Under the pieces are notes generated by a model. It made no database searches. It had not been told where the DNA came from and was given only the letters and a program-made list of their open reading frames with translations. A program made the position numbers and the translations under genes. From Aliivibrio fischeri ES114 (GTDB lineage: Bacteria > Pseudomonadota > Gammaproteobacteria > Enterobacterales > Vibrionaceae), in NCBI RefSeq assembly GCF_000011805.1, contig NC_006840.2: a stretch of DNA of 32,000 bases; one strand, given 5' to 3'. This document shows positions 9,535 through 18,350 of the stretch, one piece after another (the first letter of the stretch is position 1; each line of letters begins with the position of its first letter).

Positions 9535-10764
9535 CTATTTTACACTTACAAACTCTGGGTAAGCATCGATACCACAATCATGTACATCCATACCTTCAAG
9601 CTCCTCTTCCTCTGTTACTCGAATGCCGACTGTCGCTTTCAATACCGCCCATACAACTAAACTTGCGCCAAATACCCATGCGAAGATCACGACAGCACCA
9701 AGTAGTTGCGCTCCAAATGTGGCATCAGAGTTACTCAAAGGAACCACCATTAAACCAAAGAAGCCACACACACCATGAACAGAAATAGCACCTACAGGAT
9801 CATCAATTTTAATTTTATCAAAACCAACAATACTAAATACAACCAGAGCTCCAGCGACTGCACCAACACTTACAGCAGCTAATGGTGACGGTGATAACGG
9901 ATCTGCAGTGATAGCAACTAAACCTGCTAATGCCCCATTTAATACCATGGTTAAATCAGCTTTACCCCATGTGCTCTTACATACAAATAATGCCGTAATT
10001 GCTCCTGCCGCCGCAGCTGCATTCGTATTCAAAAAGATCTGGCCAACCGCAGTTGCATTCTCAAAGTCAGAAACCATTAACTGAGAACCACCATTAAAAC
10101 CAAACCAACCAAACCATAAAATAAAAGTACCCAGTGTAGCCAAAGGCATGTTTGAACCTGGAATTGGATATATTTGACCTTTCTTACCGTACTTACCTTT
10201 ACGAGCCCCTAGTAATAGAACGCCTGCAAGCGCCGCAGATGCACCAGCCATATGAACGATACCAGAGCCCGCAAAGTCACTGAATCCTGCTTCTGATAGG
10301 AAGCCACCACCCCATGTCCAATAACCTTCCATTGGATAAATAAAAGCGGTTAAAATCGCTGAAAAAATAAGGAATGACCATAGCTTCATACGCTCAGCAA
10401 CCGCACCTGAAACCACTGACATTGCAGTAGCTACAAACACAACTTGGAAGAAAAAGTCTGATTCTAATGAATGATCAGCACCTTCAGCCTGTGTACCAAT
10501 TAAGGTTCCTATAGAGGGTAAAAAACCACCAGACCCGTTATCAACATACATAATGTTATAACCAACGACTAAATATGTAGTACAAGCGATTGCATATAAA
10601 CAGATATTTTTAGTTAGGATCTCTGTTGTATTTTTTGAACGAACTAAACCAGCTTCTAACATGGCAAACCCTGCAGCCATCCACATAACTAATGCACCTG
10701 ACATCAAAAAGAAGAAGGTATCTAACGCATAACGAAGTTCTGATACTGTTGTTGAAAGTTCCAT
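9535..10764 (-). CDS. amtB: ammonium transporter
   Basis: 409 aa. Motifs AGFAMLEAGLVRSKNTTEIL, GSGIVHMAGA and GVCGFFG. Confidence 0.95.
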   Translation of the reverse strand: MELSTTVSELRYALDTFFFLMSGALVMWMAAGFAMLEAGLVRSKNTTEILTKNICLYAIACTTYLVVGYNIMYVDNGSGGFLPSIGTLIGTQAEGADHSLESDFFFQVVFVATAMSVVSGAVAERMKLWSFLIFSAILTAFIYPMEGYWTWGGGFLSEAGFSDFAGSGIVHMAGASAALAGVLLLGARKGKYGKKGQIYPIPGSNMPLATLGTFILWFGWFGFNGGSQLMVSDFENATAVGQIFLNTNAAAAAGAITALFVCKSTWGKADLTMVLNGALAGLVAITADPLSPSPLAAVSVGAVAGALVVFSIVGFDKIKIDDPVGAISVHGVCGFFGLMVVPLSNSDATFGAQLLGAVVIFAWVFGASLVVWAVLKATVGIRVTEEEELEGMDVHDCGIDAYPEFVSVK

Positions 10765-10781
10765 AATATTGTCCTCTATCC

Positions 10782-11123
<342 letters not shown>

Positions 11124-11161
11124 TCAGTCCCTTGAATTTATTTGTTACTTATTCTTAACAA

Positions 11162-11178
11162 TTCAATCGGTGTGCCAA
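11162..11178 (-). promoter_or_regulatory. sigma54 (RpoN) promoter of glnK-amtB
   Basis: - strand TTGGCACACCGATTGAA compared with consensus TTGGCACRNNNNTTGCW. The only core mismatch is at the C of the -12 GC. It lies about 42 bp upstream of the glnK start. Confidence 0.72.
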
Positions 11179-11230
11179 CATTAAAAATAATTATTATTCA
11201 ATAAGATAGAAAAATGCAGAGTAACAAAAC

Positions 11231-11262
11231 AAAAAAGGCCGCACTAATATAGTGCAGCCTTT
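11231..11262 (-). terminator. terminator of yacL
   Basis: - strand AAAGGCTGCACT-ATATT-AGTGCGGCCTTTTTT. The stem contains one G-U wobble. Confidence 0.8.
11241..11255 (-). promoter_or_regulatory. NtrC-like binding site embedded in the yacL terminator
   Basis: - strand GCACTATATTAGTGC fits the GCAC-N7-GTGC dyad typical of NtrC sites. It is centred about 78 bp upstream of the sigma54-like element. Confidence 0.55.
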
Positions 11263-11282
11263 CCCTATCAATGAGCATTAGA

Positions 11283-11651
11283 TTAAAAACGATTTATAAA
11301 TGCTTCCCAACTTTGAAGCATAGTTTCAAAGTCTTCTAATCCACATACAGATATACATTCATCATCATACATATGAATATCTTCTTCGAACTCTTCATCA
11401 GATTGTTCAAACAATGCGTTCTCCTGAACAATGACTTCTTGATCGCTCAATACTAATGTCATCACCTTGCCTGATAACGTCCACTCATCCTGTGTATTTT
11501 TAATTAAAGCGATGTGCTTATATATTTCTGCGAGTAAATCCGTATTTTTCGCTACATCTTCAACTAACCAACGTCCCATGGCTTCATGCCCCATGGAAAA
11601 ATTCGCATGGTATGTACCCTCAAGGGTATTTTTCTTAAATTCGTAATCCAT
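11283..11651 (-). CDS. yacL: UPF0231 (YacL) family protein
   Basis: Start re-assigned to the internal Met (MDYEFKKNTLEG...SMGHEAMGRWLVEDV...DDECISVCGLEDFETML), which resembles E. coli YacL from its start. The ORF track gives 11666. Confidence 0.8.
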   Translation of the reverse strand: MDYEFKKNTLEGTYHANFSMGHEAMGRWLVEDVAKNTDLLAEIYKHIALIKNTQDEWTLSGKVMTLVLSDQEVIVQENALFEQSDEEFEEDIHMYDDECISVCGLEDFETMLQSWEAFINRF

Positions 11652-11793
11652 CGGATATCCTAACAATTATATCGGCGTTAACTCACACGTTTTGGATCAA
11701 AGACAATGCCGAGCTCTTTTACTCCAGTATAATCTTATCCCTATTTTTTTTATAGCTAACTCCCTCCTTTCTTAATAGCTAAAAGGTTTAAAG

Positions 11794-12939
11794 ATGCAGT
11801 TAACCACAATGATCGCCAAACAAATTGTTGAGCGTTCAATGAAAATTATCAAACACTCTGTCAATGTGATGGATGAGTATGGTGTGATTATTGGTTCAGG
11901 GGATCCATCAAGATTAAACTGTCGCCATGAAGGGGCAATACTCGCTATTAATGAAAATCGAGAAGTTGAAATCGATTACTCTACAGCTCAACAATTACGT
12001 GGTGTAAAAGCTGGAATTAACTTACCTATTGTGTTTCAAAATAAGGTTATTGGGGTTGTTGGTATTTCTGGAAAACCTTCAGAGATCCAACAATACGGTG
12101 AGTTAGTAAAAATGACTGCCGAACTTATCATTGAGCAAGCCGCTTTAATGACAGAAATCCAGTGGTCTAAACGTCACAAAGAAGAATTAGTTCTACAATT
12201 AATTCAACCATCAGACTTAAATACACAACAGCTTTATTCAATTGCAGAACGATTAGAACTCGATCTTAATCAACCACGAATCGCAACCATTATTAAGGTA
12301 GATTCTTTTAATGGTGAAAACCTTTCTCTCAGCCATCTTCAAAAATTAGTTCATTTATTAGAATATCCAGAGCGCGATAATTTAGTGGCAATCAGCTCCG
12401 TGACCTTAAACGAAGTTGTGGTATTAAAGCCAATTACATTAACGGATACGGGGTGGAATCGAAGTCATGAAGAAAAAAGGATCCGCCAATTATTTCAACG
12501 CATCTCTCATGATGAGAAATTCACAATCAAAATAGCATTGGGTGATTACTTTCCAAATCTAGAGGGACTAGCACAATCTTATATGACAGCAAAAGCGACC
12601 ATGAGTACTGCTAATGCTAAAAATCGCATTTTATTTTTCCAAGATAACAAACTACCCGTTTTAATTAATGGAATAAAATCCGATACTTGGCGCATGGAAC
12701 AATTAAAGCAACCTATCGTTAATCTTCAAAAATCAGATCCTAAAGGGATATTACTCAAAACCCTTAAAGCCTTTTTTAATCATAATTGTGATTCAGCTCA
12801 AACCTGTAAATCATTACATATTCATCGGAATACTCTTCGCTACAGGCTGGATAAAATAAACAAAGAAACAAGCTTAGATATCAATAAGATAAATGATTCT
12901 ACCTATTTGTACCTTGCTTCATTAATGAGCAATAAATAA
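11794..12939 (+). CDS. cdaR: CdaR/SdaR-family transcriptional regulator (sugar diacid/glycerate)
   Basis: 381 aa. N-terminal putative sugar-diacid recognition domain (MIAKQIVERSMKIIKHSVNVMDEYGVIIGSGDPSR) and a PucR-type C-terminal HTH (CKSLHIHRNTLRYRLDKINKET). Confidence 0.88.
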   Translation: MQLTTMIAKQIVERSMKIIKHSVNVMDEYGVIIGSGDPSRLNCRHEGAILAINENREVEIDYSTAQQLRGVKAGINLPIVFQNKVIGVVGISGKPSEIQQYGELVKMTAELIIEQAALMTEIQWSKRHKEELVLQLIQPSDLNTQQLYSIAERLELDLNQPRIATIIKVDSFNGENLSLSHLQKLVHLLEYPERDNLVAISSVTLNEVVVLKPITLTDTGWNRSHEEKRIRQLFQRISHDEKFTIKIALGDYFPNLEGLAQSYMTAKATMSTANAKNRILFFQDNKLPVLINGIKSDTWRMEQLKQPIVNLQKSDPKGILLKTLKAFFNHNCDSAQTCKSLHIHRNTLRYRLDKINKETSLDINKINDSTYLYLASLMSNK

Positions 12940-12947
12940 TACTCAAT

Positions 12948-12963
12948 TTGTGCAATTGCACAA
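12948..12963. promoter_or_regulatory. perfect 16-bp palindrome, candidate operator for the CdaR-like regulator
   Basis: TTGTGCAATTGCACAA lies in the cdaR-permease intergenic region. Confidence 0.45.
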
Positions 12964-13066
12964 TGATTTAAATATTTAATCGATAAAATTTGGGCATTCG
13001 ACTAAAGCATATTGATAACGATAACGTTAGATTACCGACATCTTAATTATTAAATGGAACGTTAAT

Positions 13067-14332
13067 ATGATCGAAGTATCTACCCTAGGCGCTATTTCAG
13101 CGCTCGTTGTTGCTATCACCCTCATCCTTAAAAAGGTCCCGCCTGCTTATGGCATGATTATTGGTGCTCTAATTGGTGGTATTGTCGGTGGCGTTTCATT
13201 AACAGATACAGTTAACTTGATGATTGGCGGTGCTCAAGGAATTGTTACCGCTGTTTTACGAATTCTTGCAGCTGGTGTTCTTGCTGGTGTATTAATTGAA
13301 TCAGGTGCGGCAACCTCTATTGCAGAAACCATAGTAAAAAAAGTAGGCGAAACCAGAGCACTGTTAGCATTAGCAGTTGCAACTATGATCTTAACGGCTG
13401 TGGGTGTTTTCGTAGACGTTGCTGTAATTACTGTTGCACCTATTGCACTTGCGATTGCTCAGCGTGCAGACCTATCTAAAATGGCTATCTTATTAGCGAT
13501 GGTTGGCGGCGGTAAAGCTGGTAACGTAATGTCACCTAACCCAAATGCGATTGCGGCAGCCGATGCTTTTAATGTGCCTTTAACTTCAGTGATGGCAGCT
13601 GGTGTTATCCCTGGATTATTTGGGTTAGTCTTTGCTTATTTCATCGCTAAAAAACTTGTTAATAAAGGCAGCAAAGTCCAAGCTCATGAAGTAGTTTCTG
13701 TTGATCATTCTCGCCTACCTAGTTTTACGACTTCAATCGTAGCTCCCCTTGTTGCAATCAGCCTTTTAGCCCTGCGCCCAATAGCAGGTATTAATGTCGA
13801 TCCTCTCATTGCACTTCCTTTGGGTGGCCTACTGGGTGCTGTAGCAATGAGACGCTTTAGAGATACCAATCATTTTGCAGTCTCTGGTTTAACTCGTATG
13901 GCTCCTGTTGCTGTAATGCTACTTGGTACCGGTACATTAGCAGGTATCATTGCAAACTCAGGGTTGAAATCAGGCCTTATAGATATCTTAACGGCTTCAG
14001 GCCTTCCATCTTATCTACTTGCTCCGATTTCTGGTGCCATGATGTCGTTAGCAACAGCATCAACAACCGCAGGAACTGCCGTTGCAGCAAGTGTATTTAG
14101 TCACACAATTCTAGAACTTGGCGTTCCTGCTCTTGCTGGTGCTGCAATGATTCACGCTGGTGCAACCGTATTAGATCACATGCCACACGGTAGTTTCTTC
14201 CATGCAACTGGTGGCGCTGTACATATGGATATTAAAGAGCGTTTAAAACTTATTCCATACGAATCAGCGGTTGGTCTAATGATCGCAACTGTTTCAACCC
14301 TCATCTTTGGCGTCTTCGGTTTATTTGTTTAA
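13067..14332 (+). CDS. GntP-family permease, probable glycerate transporter
   Basis: 421-aa polytopic membrane protein. GGGKAGNVMSPNPNAIAAADAF and GASVFSHTILELG-like segments typical of GntP-family transporters. Substrate is inferred from the adjacent glycerate kinase. Confidence 0.83.
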   Translation: MIEVSTLGAISALVVAITLILKKVPPAYGMIIGALIGGIVGGVSLTDTVNLMIGGAQGIVTAVLRILAAGVLAGVLIESGAATSIAETIVKKVGETRALLALAVATMILTAVGVFVDVAVITVAPIALAIAQRADLSKMAILLAMVGGGKAGNVMSPNPNAIAAADAFNVPLTSVMAAGVIPGLFGLVFAYFIAKKLVNKGSKVQAHEVVSVDHSRLPSFTTSIVAPLVAISLLALRPIAGINVDPLIALPLGGLLGAVAMRRFRDTNHFAVSGLTRMAPVAVMLLGTGTLAGIIANSGLKSGLIDILTASGLPSYLLAPISGAMMSLATASTTAGTAVAASVFSHTILELGVPALAGAAMIHAGATVLDHMPHGSFFHATGGAVHMDIKERLKLIPYESAVGLMIATVSTLIFGVFGLFV

Positions 14333-14344
14333 TAAGGCTATATT

Positions 14345-15475
14345 ATGAAAATCGTTATTGCTCCTGACTCTTACAAAGAAAGTTTAACGGCGATGGAAGT
14401 CGCTACGGCCATTGAAGCTGGATTTAAACAAGTATTACCTCATGCTGAATATATAAAGTTACCTATGGCCGATGGTGGTGAAGGTACGGTTCAATCACTG
14501 ATTGATGCAACTGGTGGCTCAATTATCGAGCACACAGTAACAGCGCCTCTTGGTGAACAAATTACCGGTTTTTATGGATTATTTGGCGATGGTCAAACAG
14601 CCATTATCGAGATGGCAGCTGCATCAGGTTTACACCTTGTTGAACCAAGTTTACGTAACCCTCTAAATACCACCACTTATGGTACTGGCGAACTAATTAA
14701 AGCGGCGCTTGATAAAGGTGTAAAACACATAATTGTAGGAATCGGTGGCAGCGCTACAAATGATGGCGGGATCGGTATGGCTCAAGCTCTTGGCATTAAG
14801 TTGCTGGATCAAGATGGTAACGATCTTGCCTTTGGTGGTGGTTCATTAGCACAGCTTGCAACGATCGATACATTAAATAAAGATCCTCGTCTTGATGATA
14901 TTAAACTTGAAGTTGCATGCGATGTTGATAACCCACTGTGTGGACCTAAAGGTGCTTCTTTCGTGTTTGGCCCACAAAAAGGGGCAACTCCTGAGATGGT
15001 TAGCACGTTAGATAACAACCTAAGCCATTATGCCGATATAATGAAAGATCAACTTGGTAAAGACGTAAAAGACACAGCTGGAGCTGGCGCTGCAGGTGGG
15101 CTTGGTGCCGCCTTACTTGGTTTATTTAGTGCAACTCTGCGTCCTGGTATTGAAATCGTAATGGATGCCGTAAATCTATCAGATGTTGTATCAAGTGCCG
15201 ATCTTGTTATCACAGGAGAAGGTCGAATCGATAGCCAAACTATTCATGGAAAAACACCGATTGGCGTAGCAAGAACAGCGAAAAAATTTGATTTACCTGT
15301 TATTGGTATTGCAGGTTGTTTATCTGATGATTGTGCAATTGTTCATGAGTATGGTATTGATGCGGTATTTAGTGTTGTCCCTCGCTCAGTTTCTCTTGAG
15401 CTTGCATTAAAAGAAGCAGCTATTAACGTAGAAAATACCGCTCGTAATGTTGCAACAATATATTCAATGAAATAG
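14345..15475 (+). CDS. glycerate kinase (GarK/GlxK family)
   Basis: 376 aa. MKIVIAPDSYKESLTAMEVATAIEAGF, LPMADGGEGTVQSL, VGIGGSATNDGGIGMAQALG, TGEGRIDSQTIHGKTPIGVA. Confidence 0.92.
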   Translation: MKIVIAPDSYKESLTAMEVATAIEAGFKQVLPHAEYIKLPMADGGEGTVQSLIDATGGSIIEHTVTAPLGEQITGFYGLFGDGQTAIIEMAAASGLHLVEPSLRNPLNTTTYGTGELIKAALDKGVKHIIVGIGGSATNDGGIGMAQALGIKLLDQDGNDLAFGGGSLAQLATIDTLNKDPRLDDIKLEVACDVDNPLCGPKGASFVFGPQKGATPEMVSTLDNNLSHYADIMKDQLGKDVKDTAGAGAAGGLGAALLGLFSATLRPGIEIVMDAVNLSDVVSSADLVITGEGRIDSQTIHGKTPIGVARTAKKFDLPVIGIAGCLSDDCAIVHEYGIDAVFSVVPRSVSLELALKEAAINVENTARNVATIYSMK

Positions 15476-15500
15476 GTAAGTATCCAGCCCTCTAAATAAA

Positions 15501-15524
15501 AAAGCAGCCAATTGGCTGCTTTTT
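15501..15524 (+). terminator. bidirectional rho-independent terminator between the glycerate kinase gene and acnB
   Basis: AAGCAGCC-AATT-GGCTGCTT followed by TTT on the + strand, with an A-run on the other side serving the - strand. Confidence 0.85.
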
Positions 15525-15542
15525 GTATTTATGAAGATAAGG

Positions 15543-18131
15543 TTAAGCTGGCTCTTGGAAAATAACCGTATCCGCTTTCTCTGTATATGCTCCCATTTTA
15601 TGGAAGTTCAGATAACGGTAGGTATCTGCAGCGGTTGCATTAATCTTATCAGCGTACTCTAGATACTCTTCCTTCGTCGGGATACGACCAAGAATTGCAC
15701 CAACCGCAGAAAGTTCAGCAGATGCTAGGTAAACATTCGCACCTGTACCCAAACGGTTCGGGAAGTTACGAGTAGACGTAGACATTACTGTCGACTTGTC
15801 TGCCACACGTGCCTGATTACCCATACATAGTGAACAACCCGGAGTTTCAATACGAACTCCAGCACGGCCGAAGATGCCGTAGTAGCCTTCTTCTGTTAGC
15901 TGATCTTTATCCATCTTAGTTGGCGGAGCCACCCACAGACGAGTGCTCAGCGAGCCGTTGAACTCTTCAAGCATCTTACCTGCAGCACGGAAGTGACCGA
16001 TGTTGGTCATACAAGAACCGATGAACACTTCTTGGATCTCTGTGCCTTGAACGTCAGAAAGAAGACGGGCATCATCTGGATCGTTTGGTGCACATAGGAT
16101 TGGTTGATCAATGTCAGCAAGGTCGATTTCGATAACGTGAGCGTATTCAGCATCTGAATCAGCAGACAGCAACTCAGGATTCGCTAGCCACTCTTCCATT
16201 GCCGTAATACGACGCTCGATAGTACGAACATCACCGTAGCCTTCAGCGATCATCCACTTAAGCATAACGATGTTTGAATTCAAATATTCTTCAATGGACT
16301 CTTGAGACAACTTAACTGTACAACCAGCAGCTGAACGCTCAGCAGATGCATCAGAAAGTTCAAACGCTTGCTCAACAGATAGGTGTTCAACACCTTCAAT
16401 TTCTAGTACTCGACCAGAGAATTCGTTGATCTTACCTGCTTTCTCTACTGTTAGTAGGCCTTGCTTGATACCGTATAAAGGAATCGCGTGTACTAGGTCA
16501 CGTAGCGTGATACCTGGCTGCATTTCACCTTTAAAGCGAACCAAGATAGATTCAGGCATATCAAGAGGCATAACACCTGTTGCTGCCGCAAATGCTACTA
16601 GACCAGAACCAGCAGGGAACGAAATACCTAGAGGGAAACGAGTATGCGAGTCACCACCAGTACCAACAGTATCAGGTAGGAGCATACGGTTTAACCATGA
16701 GTGGATAACACCATCACCCGGACGCAGTGAAACACCTGCACGGTTCATGATGAAATCAGGTAGCGTGTGGTGCGTGTTAACATCAACTGGTTTCGGGTAT
16801 GCCGATGTGTGACAGAAAGATTGCATCACAAGATCCGCAGAGAAACCAAGACATGCAAGATCTTTAAGCTCATCACGCGTCATAGGACCCGTCGTATCCT
16901 GAGAGCCTACCGTAGTCATCTTAGGCTCACAATATTGACCTGCACGAACGCCTTCAACACCACATGCTTTACCAACCATCTTCTGAGCTAGTGTGTAGCC
17001 TTTATCTGATGCAGATGGATCAATTGGCTTAGCAAATAAGTCAGTTTCCTCTAAACCAAGAGAAATACGTGCACGGCTTGTTAATCCACGACCAATAATC
17101 AGTGGAATACGACCTCCAGCACGAACTTCATCAAGCAACACTGCGCTCAATTTAAAGCTAGAGATCTCTTCATTATTTTTACGAACTACACCTTCATAAG
17201 GGAAAATATCAATAATATCTCCCATATTCATATTTTGAACATCAAGTTCAATCGGTAGTGCTCCTGAATCTTCCATCGTGTTATAGAAAATTGGTGCGAT
17301 CTTACCACCAAGACAAACACCGCCAGTGCGCTTGTTTGGTACAAATGGGATATCTTCACCCATGAACCAAAGCACTGAGTTAGTCGCTGATTTGCGAGAA
17401 GAACCAGTACCAACAACATCACCAACATAAGCTAAAGGGATGCCGTCTTTTTGCATTTCTTCGATTTGAGTAATAGGACCAACGCTACCCTGTTCATCTG
17501 GAGTGATACCATCACGTTCCATTTTCAACATTGCTTTTGCATGTACAGGAATATCAGGACGAGACCATGCATCAGGAGCAGGAGAAAGATCATCGGTGTT
17601 CGTTTCACCTGTGACTTTAAATACTTTTACTGTGATCTTTTCAGCTACTTTATCTTTTGATGTAAACCATTCTGCATCAGCCCATGATTGAAGTACTTGC
17701 TGCGCAGAACTGTTACCCGCTTTCGCTTTTTCTTCTACGTCATAAAAAGCATCAAACATCAAAAGTGTATGAGAAAGCGCTTTAACTGCAATAGGAGCCA
17801 GTTCAGTGTCATCTAATAAAGAAACAAGAGGCTCTATATTATAACCACCTTGCATTGTGCCAAGTAATTCTGCTGCTTTTTCTTTACTAACAAGTGGAGA
17901 AGATACTTCTCCTTTAGTAACTGCTGTTAAGAAGCCAGCTTTAACATAAGCTGCTTCATCAACGCCTGGGGGAATACGATTCTCTAGTAAATCAAGAATA
18001 ACTTCTTCTTCGCCTTGAGGCGGATTTTTTACTAATTCAATTAATGCTGCTACTTGCTCAGCATCCAGTGGTCTTGGGACCACGCCTTCTGAAGCACGTT
18101 CTTCGACGTGTTTACGATAAGCTTCAAGCAC
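15543..18131 (-). CDS. acnB: aconitate hydratase B
   Basis: 862 aa. [54 protein letters not shown] and [12 protein letters not shown] (Fe-S ligands). Confidence 0.97.
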   Translation of the reverse strand: MLEAYRKHVEERASEGVVPRPLDAEQVAALIELVKNPPQGEEEVILDLLENRIPPGVDEAAYVKAGFLTAVTKGEVSSPLVSKEKAAELLGTMQGGYNIEPLVSLLDDTELAPIAVKALSHTLLMFDAFYDVEEKAKAGNSSAQQVLQSWADAEWFTSKDKVAEKITVKVFKVTGETNTDDLSPAPDAWSRPDIPVHAKAMLKMERDGITPDEQGSVGPITQIEEMQKDGIPLAYVGDVVGTGSSRKSATNSVLWFMGEDIPFVPNKRTGGVCLGGKIAPIFYNTMEDSGALPIELDVQNMNMGDIIDIFPYEGVVRKNNEEISSFKLSAVLLDEVRAGGRIPLIIGRGLTSRARISLGLEETDLFAKPIDPSASDKGYTLAQKMVGKACGVEGVRAGQYCEPKMTTVGSQDTTGPMTRDELKDLACLGFSADLVMQSFCHTSAYPKPVDVNTHHTLPDFIMNRAGVSLRPGDGVIHSWLNRMLLPDTVGTGGDSHTRFPLGISFPAGSGLVAFAAATGVMPLDMPESILVRFKGEMQPGITLRDLVHAIPLYGIKQGLLTVEKAGKINEFSGRVLEIEGVEHLSVEQAFELSDASAERSAAGCTVKLSQESIEEYLNSNIVMLKWMIAEGYGDVRTIERRITAMEEWLANPELLSADSDAEYAHVIEIDLADIDQPILCAPNDPDDARLLSDVQGTEIQEVFIGSCMTNIGHFRAAGKMLEEFNGSLSTRLWVAPPTKMDKDQLTEEGYYGIFGRAGVRIETPGCSLCMGNQARVADKSTVMSTSTRNFPNRLGTGANVYLASAELSAVGAILGRIPTKEEYLEYADKINATAADTYRYLNFHKMGAYTEKADTVIFQEPA

Positions 18132-18350
18132 GACTTAATTCCTCACATTTTGGCTAACTCTTGATAAGTTAGCATCCTTGGAAACGATTCAGTTTATATC
18201 CGTTAACTTTTTAATTCTGTTATAAATCTCAATAAAACAAGAGAATATGTATCGATATAGACTAAATTTGTGGCGAGATGATATCAAATTTAACTTAAAA
18301 TTAAAATCTACCCACAACAAACAACATACGACTTATGGCGCATTTTTGAA

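Noticed and set aside
16426-16812. 128-aa + strand ORF, plus 16767..16991, 17228..17428, 17451..17660 and 17503..17691
   Set aside because: They overlap acnB, a full-length well-supported CDS, and show no recognisable protein features.
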